From assembly GCA_965277285.1 (NCBI GenBank), contig OZ255721.1:2912001-2976000 (forward strand): a DNA stretch of 64,000 nt. The letters run 5' to 3'. Shown here piece after piece: positions 48,223 to 57,932 of the stretch; position 1 is the first letter of the stretch; each line of letters opens with the position of its first letter. This DNA is from Abditibacteriaceae bacterium. GTDB lineage: Bacteria > Armatimonadota > Abditibacteriia > Abditibacteriales > Abditibacteriaceae. The position numbers and the translations under genes were made by a program. The notes below the pieces were generated by a model. The model saw nothing but the letters and a program-made list of their open reading frames with translations. It searched no databases and was not told the origin of the DNA.

Positions 48223-49251
48223 ATGTCAGAACACGCCGAACATTGTCATGCTGGAGGCTCTCACGCCGGTCATGTTCATGGCCCGACCAGCGGGCGCACG
48301 ATGTGGCTTTCACTGGCCGTTACGTTGCTGTTCGTTATAGGCGAAGCGACCGCCGGAATGATTTCCCATTCGTTAGCGTTGCTCTCAGATGCTGGCCACA
48401 ACTTGAGCGATGCGCTGGCGCTGGGTTTGGCGGCTTATGCGATTTGGGTGGCACGCAAGCCCGCCGATTCAGCGCGGACTTTTGGCTACCATCGTGTTGC
48501 CATTTTGACGGCGCTTTTCAACTCGGTCAGCCTGGTTGTGTTGGCGATCTGGATTGGAGTGGAAGCTTTCCAGCACTTTCTGCATCCCGAACCTGTCGGC
48601 AGTTCGCTGATGATCTGGGTGGCTCTGGTTGCGGTCTTGATGAACACGGTCATTGCTGCGGCGCTGTCGGGTGATGCCAAAAACAGCATCAACAGCCGCG
48701 CCGCCTTCATCCACATGGCGGGCGACGCCCTTTCCTCGGTCGCAGTCGTGATTGCGGGTGTCGTGATTCATTACACGCACTGGGTTTATGCCGATCCGTT
48801 GGTTTCGGCGCTAATTGCGGCCTTTATCTTGTATTCAGCGTGGGGCATCGTCGGCGATGCGGCCAACATTTTGATGGAGAACACTCCTAAAAGTGTTGAT
48901 GTGGACAAACTCGTAGCGGGGATGAAAGCGGTCGCGCCGGTTTGCGATGTTCACGATCTCCATATCTGGACGGTCGGTGATGGCCTGAACTTTTTGTCGT
49001 GTCATGTGGCGCTGCCTTCCGATACAACATTGGAGCAATGCGCGGCTGTAGTTGGCACGCTCAACAAAAAACTGCATGACGAGTACTCGATTGGTCATTC
49101 CACCATTCAAACCGAAGTCGAGGGCATTTGCCCGACACATGGAGAAGCCGAACTTTATTGCGCGATGGAAAGCCATCAACATGACGCGGGCGAAAGTCAT
49201 GGTCACGACCACAGCGCACATAAACACCTTGTCCCTGAGGCTCATAAATAA
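48223..49251 (+). CDS. CDF zinc/cobalt/cadmium efflux transporter (CzcD-like)
   Basis: SLALLSDAGHNLSD, TFGYHR, HMAGD, HDLHIW. His-rich termini. Confidence 0.92.
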   Translation: MSEHAEHCHAGGSHAGHVHGPTSGRTMWLSLAVTLLFVIGEATAGMISHSLALLSDAGHNLSDALALGLAAYAIWVARKPADSARTFGYHRVAILTALFNSVSLVVLAIWIGVEAFQHFLHPEPVGSSLMIWVALVAVLMNTVIAAALSGDAKNSINSRAAFIHMAGDALSSVAVVIAGVVIHYTHWVYADPLVSALIAAFILYSAWGIVGDAANILMENTPKSVDVDKLVAGMKAVAPVCDVHDLHIWTVGDGLNFLSCHVALPSDTTLEQCAAVVGTLNKKLHDEYSIGHSTIQTEVEGICPTHGEAELYCAMESHQHDAGESHGHDHSAHKHLVPEAHK

Positions 49252-49489
49252 CCCGATTTGCCACCAAGCCCGGTGAGTGAACTCGCGGCTCAACCGCCTG
49301 CGGCGGCGGCAGCAGCGGCAGCGGCGGCCTACGCCGACGCAACATCGAAAGCACCTGTCCAAAGCGCGCCCGAGCCGCGAGTTCACTTGCAGGGCATGGT
49401 CGCAACTTGGGTTAAGTAAGCACTGAAGCACTTTTCTATCAGAGTTGTTGCTTCTGAAAGGATTAATGATCCGCAACATGGCACACACA

Positions 49490-49867
49490 TCAATCGTTGG
49501 GATCGTCCGTTAGTTCGCCTCGAATGATAAGTGCCATATCAAAAACGAACAACGCAATGACAACATCGCCAACCGTCGAGGCGAGCCATCCCACAGGCAA
49601 CATTTGGTCAACGCCCCACAAGACAAAAGCCACCGCCGCAATCAGTCGCTTGATGAACTGAATCGGATGCACCCCGAATCCTGGATGAAGAGAAAGCCAC
49701 GATAAACCGATCAAAATCAGAGGAACGCCGGATGCTACGGCATGAAAACGATGGCTCGTAAAGTGGGCGAAGCCATCTAAAAACAAAAGAATTGCGCCAG
49801 ACACCAAAGCGGCCACAGCCAAAACGATTGTCAAACGCGAAAAAAGCTGTTGAGGGGTTTCTTTCAT
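49490..49867 (-). CDS. small membrane protein (4 TM)
   Basis: MKETP start, AFVLWGVDQ, GDVVIALFVFD. Confidence 0.6.
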   Translation of the reverse strand: MKETPQQLFSRLTIVLAVAALVSGAILLFLDGFAHFTSHRFHAVASGVPLILIGLSWLSLHPGFGVHPIQFIKRLIAAVAFVLWGVDQMLPVGWLASTVGDVVIALFVFDMALIIRGELTDDPND

Positions 49868-50099
49868 TTGCAGCAAATCGAGACCTGTTTCAATGGAACC
49901 ATCGCGTCGTGTAGGGGCTTGGCATGCCAAGCCTTTGTCGCTAAGCCTGCACTCTGCACTTCGGGCTTGGCCCATCAAGCCCCTACACTTTCTCATTAGA
50001 CTCCTTTCATAATTCCTAATTGCTTGTTTTGGCTATTTTTGCGACTTATGAAAGAGGTCTGTTCTGACAACTGCTCTGAACTATGCTTTAAGAAATGGC

Positions 50100-50591
50100 T
50101 TAACAGCAACCGGACGGGCCGCATCCGCAGCTATTGGCGGGTGCCATTGTCAGCGACATCGCGCCCGCTTTTGGTGAGGGCGTAATGCACAACTCGGGAG
50201 CGAGGCAAGCCGTATGTTTGGTCGTCAATTGCAAGGTCACGAACTCGTCCGATACTGTGGCTTCGGCGACCGGATATTGCGAAATCGCGCTGCTTTCGTA
50301 CTCAATTTCCAACTCCAACTCTTCGGACGGTAGGAAGCCAGCCGCACGACCCAAAACATCAGCCATTTTGCCCGCCGCAATGCGATGGTCTTCGTCCGGG
50401 CCGACCCACGCCTGTAATTGGCATGTTTTGGTTTCGCGCATCGTGCCGCCGCAGTCGATGAAGGTTTTTTGCACATAAGCGACTTCGGTGATGTGAAACG
50501 AAATCGGGACGGCGTTCTGATCGGGCAGTACCAGGCGAAAGCCTTTGTCGCGGTTGTTTTGTAAAAGCGTCTTGAACTGGGAAAGTGTCAT
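50100..50591 (-). CDS. DUF6428-like protein (ars-operon associated, Cys-rich tail)
   Basis: FHITEV, FIDCGG, QLQAW, TACLA, C-terminal CGCGPSGCC. Confidence 0.75.
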   Translation of the reverse strand: MTLSQFKTLLQNNRDKGFRLVLPDQNAVPISFHITEVAYVQKTFIDCGGTMRETKTCQLQAWVGPDEDHRIAAGKMADVLGRAAGFLPSEELELEIEYESSAISQYPVAEATVSDEFVTLQLTTKHTACLAPELCITPSPKAGAMSLTMAPANSCGCGPSGCC

Positions 50592-51262
50592 AAGGTAGAT
50601 GAAAGGGCCGGTTCCGCTTCAGATTGTCGCACCAAATGCAACGTCGGAACGGCTAACAAAGCGCCCGCAATCGGGCCAAGAATATAAACCCACAAACTGG
50701 CGAAGTGCATTGAAATAAGCGCGGGCGCAATCGAGCGCGCCGGATTCATCGAAGCACCACAAATCGGCCCGGCAAACATCGCTTCCAGCCCGATGACTGC
50801 ACCAACTACGATACCTGCCGTGATGCCTTTTTCTTTGGCGCCCGTCGAAACGTTAAGAATCACCAGCATCAAAAACCACGTCAGCAAGATTTCGAGAATG
50901 AGCGACTGCAAAGCCGCGTTGCGCGGAATCGTTGCGCCCAATGTGTGATTCGCTGGAAAGAGTACTCGAAGCACCAGCGAAGCGACCACGCCGCCCGCAA
51001 GCTGTGCCGCGATGTAAGGCAGAATACAACGCGCCTCAAATCGTTTCGCTGCCGCAAAAGCCAACGTCACAGCGGGGTTGAAGTGCGCGCCGGAAATGTC
51101 GCCAAAGGTATAAATCAGCGCCATCACGACCAGGCCAAAAGTCAGCGCTACGCCCGGATGCGTCACCGTGCCGCCAGTCACATCGTTAATGACAATCGCG
51201 CCCGTGCCACACCACACCAGGGCGAACGTCCCGAAGAACTCCGACCATAACTTAGCGCGCAT
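50588..51262 (-). CDS. MIP/aquaporin family channel
   Basis: [10 protein letters not shown] and [11 protein letters not shown] boxes. Confidence 0.93.
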   Translation of the reverse strand: MRAKLWSEFFGTFALVWCGTGAIVINDVTGGTVTHPGVALTFGLVVMALIYTFGDISGAHFNPAVTLAFAAAKRFEARCILPYIAAQLAGGVVASLVLRVLFPANHTLGATIPRNAALQSLILEILLTWFLMLVILNVSTGAKEKGITAGIVVGAVIGLEAMFAGPICGASMNPARSIAPALISMHFASLWVYILGPIAGALLAVPTLHLVRQSEAEPALSSTL

Positions 51263-51629
51263 GAGCCAGATCCAGTTTCTCGTCGCTCACATTCTCGTTC
51301 AGCGACGTTGAAAACGACTGCGCCCAAAACTCCTTGAATTGTTGCATCGCGTCGGGGTTGAGACAGTAGCAAATGCGCGAACCGTCCACTTCGCCCACAA
51401 TCCAACCGGCTTCCTTTAAGGTCTTGAGATGCTGCGAAACCGTACTTTGTGCCAGTGGTATGACGTTCACGATCTCGCCACAAATGCACGCGCCATGCTG
51501 ATGCAGAAAGCGCACAATTGCCAGCCGCGCCGGATTGCCCAACGCCGCCGCCAATCGCGCGAACTCCACATCATCGGGGCGCAAAGCCGATTCTACAGCT
51601 TCTTCGGAACAACATATTTGTTTTCTCAT
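51252..51629 (-). CDS. ArsR/SmtB family repressor
   Basis: [32 protein letters not shown]. Confidence 0.9.
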   Translation of the reverse strand: MRKQICCSEEAVESALRPDDVEFARLAAALGNPARLAIVRFLHQHGACICGEIVNVIPLAQSTVSQHLKTLKEAGWIVGEVDGSRICYCLNPDAMQQFKEFWAQSFSTSLNENVSDEKLDLAHAR

Positions 51630-51912
51630 CGGTTATCGTAAATATACGATAAGAGAAGACAAGAGCGCAAGTCCTTTGATGATGTTTTTGAAGCACGCAA
51701 ATTGGTTTTCTCGAAGTGCTTATCGCAAAATATCGATTAATTGTATAGATGAAAAGTCGCTTCAGCCAAAACTACAGCTTGTCAACTCTGCAAATTGTGC
51801 TTTGTTGTCAAGTGATTGTGCTCCTTTGACATAGGTCGCATGACATAGGTCACGATATACTGAGTTTTGTGCATCGTTCGTGACAACAAGGTGCCTTTTC
51901 GAGGAGAAAGAT

Positions 51913-52212
51913 ATGAAGAAATTTGTTGCTTCCACCATTTGCGGTTTGAGTTTGGGCAGTTTGAGTTTGGGCGCGTTGGCATTGGGAGTTTCCGCCAAGC
52001 CCGCCATGAAGCCGATGGCCGCCAAAACTGCCAGCGTGATGTGCCCGGCTTGCCAGAAGATGGGTATGCCGATGCCGATGACCTCGAAGAAGACCAAGGT
52101 CAACACGCGCGCCGTCAAAGTCAATGGCAAAACGATGTACTGTTGCGCCATGTGCAAGATGACCACGATGACCACCAAGAAGACGGCCAAGACAACCATG
52201 AAAAAGATGTAA
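51913..52212 (+). CDS. small secreted Met/Lys-rich protein with CxxC and YCCxxC (YHS/TRASH-like metal binder)
   Basis: GAGGAG RBS, signal peptide, MCPACQ and MYCCAMC. Confidence 0.7.
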   Translation: MKKFVASTICGLSLGSLSLGALALGVSAKPAMKPMAAKTASVMCPACQKMGMPMPMTSKKTKVNTRAVKVNGKTMYCCAMCKMTTMTTKKTAKTTMKKM

Positions 52213-52315
52213 AGCCGCGATGATCGAGTACTCGAAAGTCGTTTTTCATTAGGTGTTTGAACCAAAAGGGTGTAGAGAAATTATCTCTGCGCCCTTTTGG
52301 TTTGTCTTCGTTGCT

Positions 52316-53851
52316 TCAATGCTGGCCTACAGCTCGTGAGAGTTGGTCGCGGGCAACGGCCAAATCGAAGGCGGCTTGCGCCCGATTGACGCGTGCGCGT
52401 GTGAGAGCAGCCAGAGCATCCAGAACCTCGGCGTTGGTGGCGCGCCCGTCTTCATAACGCAAAGTGGCGACGCGGCTGCTTTCCTCGGCGCTTGCGACGG
52501 CGGCTTGTGCTGTTTGGATATTCTGCGCGGCAGCGCCCTGCGTGACCAGCGCCGTTTGTACATCGCGCTCGACCTGAAATTGAATGCGGTCGTAATCCGC
52601 CTGGGCGCGTTGTTGTTGAGCGCGAGCTTCCGCAGTTTGAGCACGTTTCAAACCGCCATCGTAAAGTGGCACGCCCAGCACAATTCCCGCCGCTGCGCCA
52701 CTTGAATTTGTGCTGCGCGACCGATTCAAGTCGGCCATCGCCATCAGCGCTATTTGCGGTTTGAATGCACTACGCGCCACATTGATACCTTCTGCGCTGC
52801 CTTCCAAACGCTGTCGAGCAGCCTGCAAATCAGGACGTTGCGTACGCGCCGTTTCCAAAAGCATGGCTAAGGGAAGTGCATCGTTCGATATTGCGGCTGT
52901 CGTTGAACTTGTCGGCTGTGGAAACGGCTGTGGAAACGGCGCAGCGGAAGGAAAAGGCACCACGTTTTTTATCGACTTGGCTTCGAGCGAAGTGGCTTCG
53001 AGCGAAGTGGCTTCGAGCGAAGTGGCTTCGAGCGAATCGGCAAGTGTGATTTGCGAGAGTGGCGAAACGCCCAGCGTCGTTTTGAGCATAATCTGCGCGA
53101 TGGCGATGTCGCGGTCGGCGTTGGTTACGCTTTGTGCGGCATCGGCTTCTTCGGCTTCATCACGCAACACATACAATGCGGGAATGCGTCCGACATCGGC
53201 GCTTGCGCGGTCGATGCGTGTGCGTTCGACTGTCGCGTTGTGGCGCTCTTCCGCCACAGTTTTGAGCGCCTGGCTCAGCAAAACCTGACGATAGGCGGTT
53301 TTGGTTTCAAGTGCGAGATCGAGTTGCGCCGATTGCGCATCGCTCTGGCTGGCGGAGGCCGCGGCCTGGCCTTGTCGCAACAACGCGCGCAGCCGTCCGC
53401 CGGTCGAAAGCGGCCACATCAGCATCAGGTTTTGGTCGGCAAATGCGCCGCTTGGGACTGCAAATAAGTTTTGCGGCATGACCGGTGCAGGCGTTGAAAA
53501 GATGCTCGATTCGTTTCCCGTCGTCAGAAAGGTTGTGGCGGAAACTGTCGGTTTTTCAGCCGCGCGGATGGCCGCGATTTGCGCTTGTTCCACCAAAATG
53601 TCGGCCTGCGCGCCGCGCACGACCGGACTATATTTCAGCGCGATTTGCACCGCTTCTTCGGTCGTCAGACTTTGGTTGAGAATGGGATAAGTGCCTGTTT
53701 CCTGCGCAGAGGACGTGTTGGAAATTGAATTGATTGTTTGCGCCGAACTTTGCCGTGTCGGGAGCAAGCCGCCAAGTATGAGGAACAGTGCAAATGGTGC
53801 GTAATGTGTGACATCGAGTACTCGATGCGTGCGGAAACGAAGGGGTTTCAT
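52316..53851 (-). CDS. TolC family outer-membrane efflux protein
   Basis: EAVQIALKYSP, QRPDL, VPLYDGG, RYEDG..EVLDA. Confidence 0.9.
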   Translation of the reverse strand: MKPLRFRTHRVLDVTHYAPFALFLILGGLLPTRQSSAQTINSISNTSSAQETGTYPILNQSLTTEEAVQIALKYSPVVRGAQADILVEQAQIAAIRAAEKPTVSATTFLTTGNESSIFSTPAPVMPQNLFAVPSGAFADQNLMLMWPLSTGGRLRALLRQGQAAASASQSDAQSAQLDLALETKTAYRQVLLSQALKTVAEERHNATVERTRIDRASADVGRIPALYVLRDEAEEADAAQSVTNADRDIAIAQIMLKTTLGVSPLSQITLADSLEATSLEATSLEATSLEAKSIKNVVPFPSAAPFPQPFPQPTSSTTAAISNDALPLAMLLETARTQRPDLQAARQRLEGSAEGINVARSAFKPQIALMAMADLNRSRSTNSSGAAAGIVLGVPLYDGGLKRAQTAEARAQQQRAQADYDRIQFQVERDVQTALVTQGAAAQNIQTAQAAVASAEESSRVATLRYEDGRATNAEVLDALAALTRARVNRAQAAFDLAVARDQLSRAVGQH

Positions 53852-54405
53852 GGGCTGATTGTCCTTTGAAGTTGTTGGCGTTGCGCCTCGTTGAGCAGAG
53901 ATAAAGCGCGCCCTAAAACTAATTGCCGTTGTGCTGATAGCTGCACGGATACGGCGCTATAATCGGCGGAATGCGCTTGCATGTCGGCGATCGTTACACC
54001 GCCTCGTGTTTGCGCTCCCTGCATCCAGCTTTGAAAAGCGCGGGCTTTTTCTTCTGCGACTTGCTGTAACGGTGCATTTTCGCGGTTGAATTGTCCTTGC
54101 AAGCGTTGCAGCGAAGCGACTTGAAAGGGCGATAAATGCAGTTCTTGGCGCTGCTTTAGAATCGTTTCAAGCGAAAGCAAAGCGCGCGGTTTGGTGACGC
54201 CGTGCCTGGCGACCATCGCACGTTGTTCATCCAGTGCGTGACGTGCTGCGTTGTCGCGCGACCATTGCGGCCATTGCACATACGCGATCACAATCGCGGC
54301 GCACAGCGCCAGCAACATCGCCGGGCCAAGACGAAAACGCGGGCGCCTGGCTGTTGAAGTTCTTACGGAATTGTTGGGCGTTGAAGCCGACTTTCGAGTA
54401 CTCAA
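53848..54405 (-). CDS. membrane-anchored helical periplasmic protein (Spy/CpxP-like)
   Basis: GGAGG RBS and a TTG start overlapping the RND stop (MSTRK). One TM helix, LHLSPFQ and LNEAQRQ motifs. Confidence 0.6.
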   Translation of the reverse strand: MSTRKSASTPNNSVRTSTARRPRFRLGPAMLLALCAAIVIAYVQWPQWSRDNAARHALDEQRAMVARHGVTKPRALLSLETILKQRQELHLSPFQVASLQRLQGQFNRENAPLQQVAEEKARAFQSWMQGAQTRGGVTIADMQAHSADYSAVSVQLSAQRQLVLGRALSLLNEAQRQQLQRTISP

Positions 54406-57400
54406 GGGCGCGCCTCCACAGTCGCAATCGAGGTGGACGCTTGGCCGTTCGTTGCAGTGTTCGCCATGCCGTTCAATGGTTCGAGAGCCGCATTGTGAAT
54501 CGCCGCTAATTCGGTTTCGTTGTCTTCGCGGGTTGGCCAAACCCAATCGCGGCGCAGGAACGTTTTGTTGAGCCATCGAATGAAATCGTCCACATAAGTG
54601 TGCATGATGGGAATATCGAGCAGGCTCAACACGGTGCCGACGAACAAGCCGCCCAAAATGGTGGTGCCCAGCGGTTGATAAGCGTCAAGTCCGGTTTTGG
54701 GCGCAAAGGCGACTGGAATCATCACCAGAATTGTAATCAGACTGGTCATTAGAATCGGGCGCAAGCGTTGTGGACAGGCCGTGATAATCGCTTCGTCGCG
54801 CGGCACGCCGCGATCTCGATAGCGCGAAATCATGTCGATCATCAAAATCGCGGTCGTGATGTCCATGCCAGTCAAAACGATGATCGCCATGATGGAAACT
54901 GTCGAAAAACTCTGATGCGCCAGCCACAGCGCAGTAAAAACGCCCGCCAGTTCCAGCGGCAAGCTCGCCACCATTTGCAAAGGCTGCAAAAAGCCGCGAA
55001 ACTGCGCGACCAGAACCAGATACATGAAAATCAGCGCGAGCAGCAAGCCCGTCAGCAAGCGGCGGAACGAATCCATCATCTGCGTCATGTCGCCGCGCAT
55101 TTCCATGCCGTAACCAGGCGGAAAGTTCAGCTTCGCCATTGCTTTCATCATCAAGTCCATGCCGACATCCATCGAAGGCAAATGGCCTTGTCGATAATAA
55201 CCCGCGATGCCGATCACGCGCCGCAAATTGTCGTGCTCGATCAGCGAAGGCGCATAGCGAAATTGCACATCCGCGATGCTTTTAAGCGGCACCTGGCGCC
55301 CATCGGCTGCTGTAATGTAGATGTTGTCGAGATCGTTCGCATTGCGTCGCTGGTCGGGTTCATAGCGCACCGAAATGGTGTCTTGTCGCAGGTTGGGAAG
55401 ACGGAAGAACTCGTTGGTCAGACCGCCTCGTAAGGCGTAATACGCTTGTTGCGAAATCGCGTCCGGCGAAAGCCCCAGTTCCTGGGCGCGAAGCGGATCG
55501 ACTTTGATCACGTAGTTCGGCAAACCCATCGTCCATGTCAGCGATGGTTGGAAAAAGTTGGCGCGTAACGTCGGGTCGGTGCGCGCGAGTTGCAAGGTTT
55601 GCTTGCCCAGCGAATCGAGTACTCGAAGGTCGGGGCCGTACATCAAAACGTGAATCGGCGCGGCGGCGGTCGCCATCACGTCGCTGCCCATTTCCTTAAT
55701 TTGCAAGCGGCGAATGCCTGGAATTGTCGCCATCGCCTCGCTTTGAATGGCGTCCATCACTTGCCAGATAGTTTTGCGGCGCGTGCCTTTATCGGAAAAA
55801 GTCAGCATCATCGACGCCGCGAACGGGCTGGGCATCGAGTAACCAGTGAAATACGGATTCCAACTTTCCTGCATCGTTTCCTGCCCAACTTCGACCGAAG
55901 CGCGTTCCAGTTCGGGATGCTTTAGCATGATGCGTTCGAGCTGATGCGCCGCGCGTTCAGTCGCGGCGAACGAGGTTCCGGGCTGCATTTCCAGAAAGCC
56001 GTTCGCTTGTCCGACATCGGCCAGCGGCATCATTTCGCTACCGATGAAATAGTAGAACGTAAAACCGACCATGACCGTAGCCAGAACGCGGCAAAAGTTC
56101 ACGAAGCGATGTTGCAACATCCACGCAATGAGCCGCCCGTAAGCGGCTTCCAAGCGCGCCAAGCCACGCTGAAACGGATCGACGACGCGATACAGGTACT
56201 TCAAAAATGGATGATGACGATCCGCTTCGCGCGCGCTTTCGGGGCGCAGCCAATTGGCACACAGCAACGCTGTGAGGGTAAAGGAAACCAGCATCGAAGC
56301 GAGTAGCGCGAAGATGATCGGCCACACCAGTTCGACGAACATCAGTTGCGTGATGCCGCCGCAAAAGAGCAGCGGAGCCAGCGCTAAAACCAACATCAAT
56401 GTCGAAGCGAGAACCGCCAATCGCACCTCGGCGATGCCGTCAATGGTCGCGGTTTTGGCGTCTTTGCCCATTTGCAAATGCCGCTCGACCGAGTGAATGT
56501 CGATGATGGTATCGTCCACCAGGCGACCAATCGACAGCAGCAAACCGATGAGCGTGCCGGAATTGAAGGTCAGGCCGAAAGGCACCATGCACAAAATCGC
56601 CAAAGCCAGAGAAACCGGAATGGTGATCATCGAAATCAGGGTGCCGCGCCATTCGCCCAGAAACAAGAGAACCGCCAGCCCGCACATCAAAATGGCGACG
56701 CCCAGTTCGTGCCACACGTTATCGAACAAAATATCGGTGAACTTTTTGTTGTCGTAAGCGACCTGAAAATGCACGCCCGCGTTGTCGCGCTCGATGTCGC
56801 GCACGACTTTCATCACTGCGGGAACCACAAACGCCGAACTCGCGCCCGGATTTTGAATGACCGAAACCTCAATCGCGTTTTGCGTAGATCCCGGCGTTCC
56901 CACTGCGTGATCCAGAAAATGATAGGCGCTGCGGCGCTCCCAGTAGCCATCAACGACGCGCGCCACATCGCGTACCGAGATCAAACGTGGACGCTGATAA
57001 TTGACTGTGTTCTGCGAACTTGTCGCAGTCGCCACCGGCAAACTGTCGGACGACGCGCCGCCCATTCCGCCGCCGCTGCTCACACTTCGAGTACTCGATA
57101 GAGCGCCCGCCATGTTGAGCGACGCAATCGGATAATTCAAAATGTCTTGCGCATTCGCGGCGTGCGTGTCGATGCGGACGGTCGCTTCCCGGTTGTCGCT
57201 GGTGATGTTTCCCGCCGGACGACTCACGTTGTTGCGGTCAATGGCATTTTTTACGTCTAAAATGGAAAGTCCGTAAGCCGCCAGTTTGTTGCGATCGACA
57301 ACGACTTGAAGCTGCCGCCGATAGCCGCCAAACGGCACGACAGAATAAACATCGGGCACGGTTTTGAGACGGTTTTGAACTTCGTTGTCGGCGAATTGGC

Positions 57401-57932
57401 GCAGTTTGGCGGGCGTCCAGCCTTGCGCGGCGTCGCCGGAAAGCGCCAGCGACAAAATCGGCAAATTGAGCGCGTCAATCGGCACGACCCATGACGGCTT
57501 GAGGTTGGCGCCGGTCGCGGGAAGGTTCGCCTGCGCCACGTTGAGCAGCACCTGTACATCGAAAATCGCCTTCTTCATGTCGCTGCCGTAAGGAAACTCC
57601 AGCGCGACCATTGAAAAACCGTCCTGCGAAGTCGAGCGAATGGTGCGCACGCCCATCACGTTGACCATTTGTTCTTCTATCGGCTTGGAAACCTGCGATT
57701 CCATTTCTTCCGCCGACAAACCTGGCATCATCGTCACGACGCCGACAACCGGGCTGGGCACATAAGGCGCGAAACGGCGCGGTATCACGAAATTGATAGC
57801 GATGACCGCCAGCGCGACCGCCGCCACATAAAACGCGATAACCGTATAAGGGTGCTCGATGCTCCATTTGTGAATCAGGTGCAACGGATTGATGCCGCGC
57901 GAATCGTGGCGCGAAGGCGGCGAATTTCTCAT
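54402..57932 (-). CDS. RND efflux permease (AcrB/CusA family)
   Basis: PGLSAEEME, GRLVDDTI, AQFRGFLQP, RLRPILMT. Confidence 0.93.
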   Translation of the reverse strand: MRNSPPSRHDSRGINPLHLIHKWSIEHPYTVIAFYVAAVALAVIAINFVIPRRFAPYVPSPVVGVVTMMPGLSAEEMESQVSKPIEEQMVNVMGVRTIRSTSQDGFSMVALEFPYGSDMKKAIFDVQVLLNVAQANLPATGANLKPSWVVPIDALNLPILSLALSGDAAQGWTPAKLRQFADNEVQNRLKTVPDVYSVVPFGGYRRQLQVVVDRNKLAAYGLSILDVKNAIDRNNVSRPAGNITSDNREATVRIDTHAANAQDILNYPIASLNMAGALSSTRSVSSGGGMGGASSDSLPVATATSSQNTVNYQRPRLISVRDVARVVDGYWERRSAYHFLDHAVGTPGSTQNAIEVSVIQNPGASSAFVVPAVMKVVRDIERDNAGVHFQVAYDNKKFTDILFDNVWHELGVAILMCGLAVLLFLGEWRGTLISMITIPVSLALAILCMVPFGLTFNSGTLIGLLLSIGRLVDDTIIDIHSVERHLQMGKDAKTATIDGIAEVRLAVLASTLMLVLALAPLLFCGGITQLMFVELVWPIIFALLASMLVSFTLTALLCANWLRPESAREADRHHPFLKYLYRVVDPFQRGLARLEAAYGRLIAWMLQHRFVNFCRVLATVMVGFTFYYFIGSEMMPLADVGQANGFLEMQPGTSFAATERAAHQLERIMLKHPELERASVEVGQETMQESWNPYFTGYSMPSPFAASMMLTFSDKGTRRKTIWQVMDAIQSEAMATIPGIRRLQIKEMGSDVMATAAAPIHVLMYGPDLRVLDSLGKQTLQLARTDPTLRANFFQPSLTWTMGLPNYVIKVDPLRAQELGLSPDAISQQAYYALRGGLTNEFFRLPNLRQDTISVRYEPDQRRNANDLDNIYITAADGRQVPLKSIADVQFRYAPSLIEHDNLRRVIGIAGYYRQGHLPSMDVGMDLMMKAMAKLNFPPGYGMEMRGDMTQMMDSFRRLLTGLLLALIFMYLVLVAQFRGFLQPLQMVASLPLELAGVFTALWLAHQSFSTVSIMAIIVLTGMDITTAILMIDMISRYRDRGVPRDEAIITACPQRLRPILMTSLITILVMIPVAFAPKTGLDAYQPLGTTILGGLFVGTVLSLLDIPIMHTYVDDFIRWLNKTFLRRDWVWPTREDNETELAAIHNAALEPLNGMANTATNGQASTSIATVEARP

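Noticed and set aside
51762..52265. 167-aa minus-strand hydrophobic ORF
   Set aside because: Antisense to the Met/Lys-rich secreted protein at 51913-52212, which has a clear RBS, signal peptide and Cys motifs.
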